Part shown: positions 63,509-64,000 of the stretch, one piece after another
Numbering within the stretch: the stretch's first letter is position 1
How the letters are laid out: every line of letters begins with the position of its first letter
NCBI GenBank assembly: GCA_050287085.1
Contig: JBNKBE010000024.1
Location: 30,283-94,282, forward strand
Length of the DNA: 64,000 nucleotides
Source: Polyangiaceae bacterium
Lineage (GTDB): Bacteria > Myxococcota_A > Polyangia > Polyangiales > Polyangiaceae
Reading direction: 5' to 3'
Position numbers and translations under genes: made by a program
Notes under the pieces: model-generated
Told to the model about the DNA's origin: nothing
Seen by the model: the letters and a program-made list of their open reading frames with translations, nothing else
Databases searched by the model: none

Positions 63509-63516
63509 GGTGACGG

Positions 63517-64000
63517 ATGCCGATCGAGCTCGCCATGGTCCGCCCTCCACGCTGCGTCCTCGTGAACGTCACGAGCGGCGAGTCCATGGAGTGCCTATTC
63601 AACCCGACGCAGCTCACCGAGAAGGTTCAGGTCAACTGGAGCCGGCTCGCCGTGCCCGGGCTCTCGCACCAGGTGCTGCAGTTCCAGTCCACGGCCAACC
63701 GCTCGCTCGCCGGCGTGGAGTTCTACCTCGATCGTTTCTTTGCCACCGAGCAACCGGGCGAGCCGGACATCATGGAGTTTCGCTCGTTCGTCCGCGCGCT
63801 GACGGTACCGCCGTCGGGAACCGAGGGCGTTGTGGACACGGCGCCGCCGCGCACGCTCTTCATCTGGCCCGAGGTGATCACGGTCGAGACCGTGGTCACC
63901 GACGTGGAGTTTCAGTACCGGCAGGTCGCCATCGACGGGCGGGTGCTGGTGTACGCCGCGACCGTGACCTTCGAGGAGATCCTCGACGTGCGCGTGACCT
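63517..64000 (+). CDS. Tail tube initiator (CIS tube / P2 gpU-like), truncated by the window end
   Basis: [46 protein letters not shown]. Confidence 0.75.
   Translation, partial: MPIELAMVRPPRCVLVNVTSGESMECLFNPTQLTEKVQVNWSRLAVPGLSHQVLQFQSTANRSLAGVEFYLDRFFATEQPGEPDIMEFRSFVRALTVPPSGTEGVVDTAPPRTLFIWPEVITVETVVTDVEFQYRQVAIDGRVLVYAATVTFEEILDVRVT

Overview
High-GC bacterial chromosome, probably Myxococcota (Polyangiaceae-like). That placement is inferred from gene content and was not searched. Positions 1-13.4 kb are host housekeeping genes (hemW, trmFO, NadM-Nudix, dprA, DHH phosphoesterase, GDPD, HARE-HTH/Mrr-like protein, murB, response regulator), ending in tRNA-Asn(GTT) and its terminator. From about 13.5 kb to the window end lies a large prophage that continues past 64000. 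Its leftward arm carries a type I R-M operon with DarTG inserted, a DUF2924 + large serine recombinase module, primase-helicase, SF2 helicase, SSB-like protein, a sigma-like factor, a Com-like Zn finger and a three-gene operon of LexA-like repressor / QatB-like protein / QueC(QatC)-wHTH fusion. Its rightward arm carries nucleases, terminase, holin-like gene, portal, MuF, head and contractile-tail genes. Main discoveries: (1) a bipartite motif GTCCCC-N16(17)-GCTTTG occurs 7 times ahead of phage operons, each copy overlapping an RBS-sequestering hairpin, a candidate phage-sigma regulon with a built-in translational lock; (2) an un-annotated, fully equipped -1 frameshift gives the holin-like protein a beta-strand C-terminal extension; (3) two Dam-family methyltransferases are fused to the prohead protease with candidate Lys cleavage sites between domains, suggesting virion-packaged methylases; (4) a minimal QueC/QatB-like protein-deazaguanylation-type module is translationally coupled to a LexA-like repressor that has lost its autocleavage residues. 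All family assignments come from motif recognition by eye; no database searches were run.
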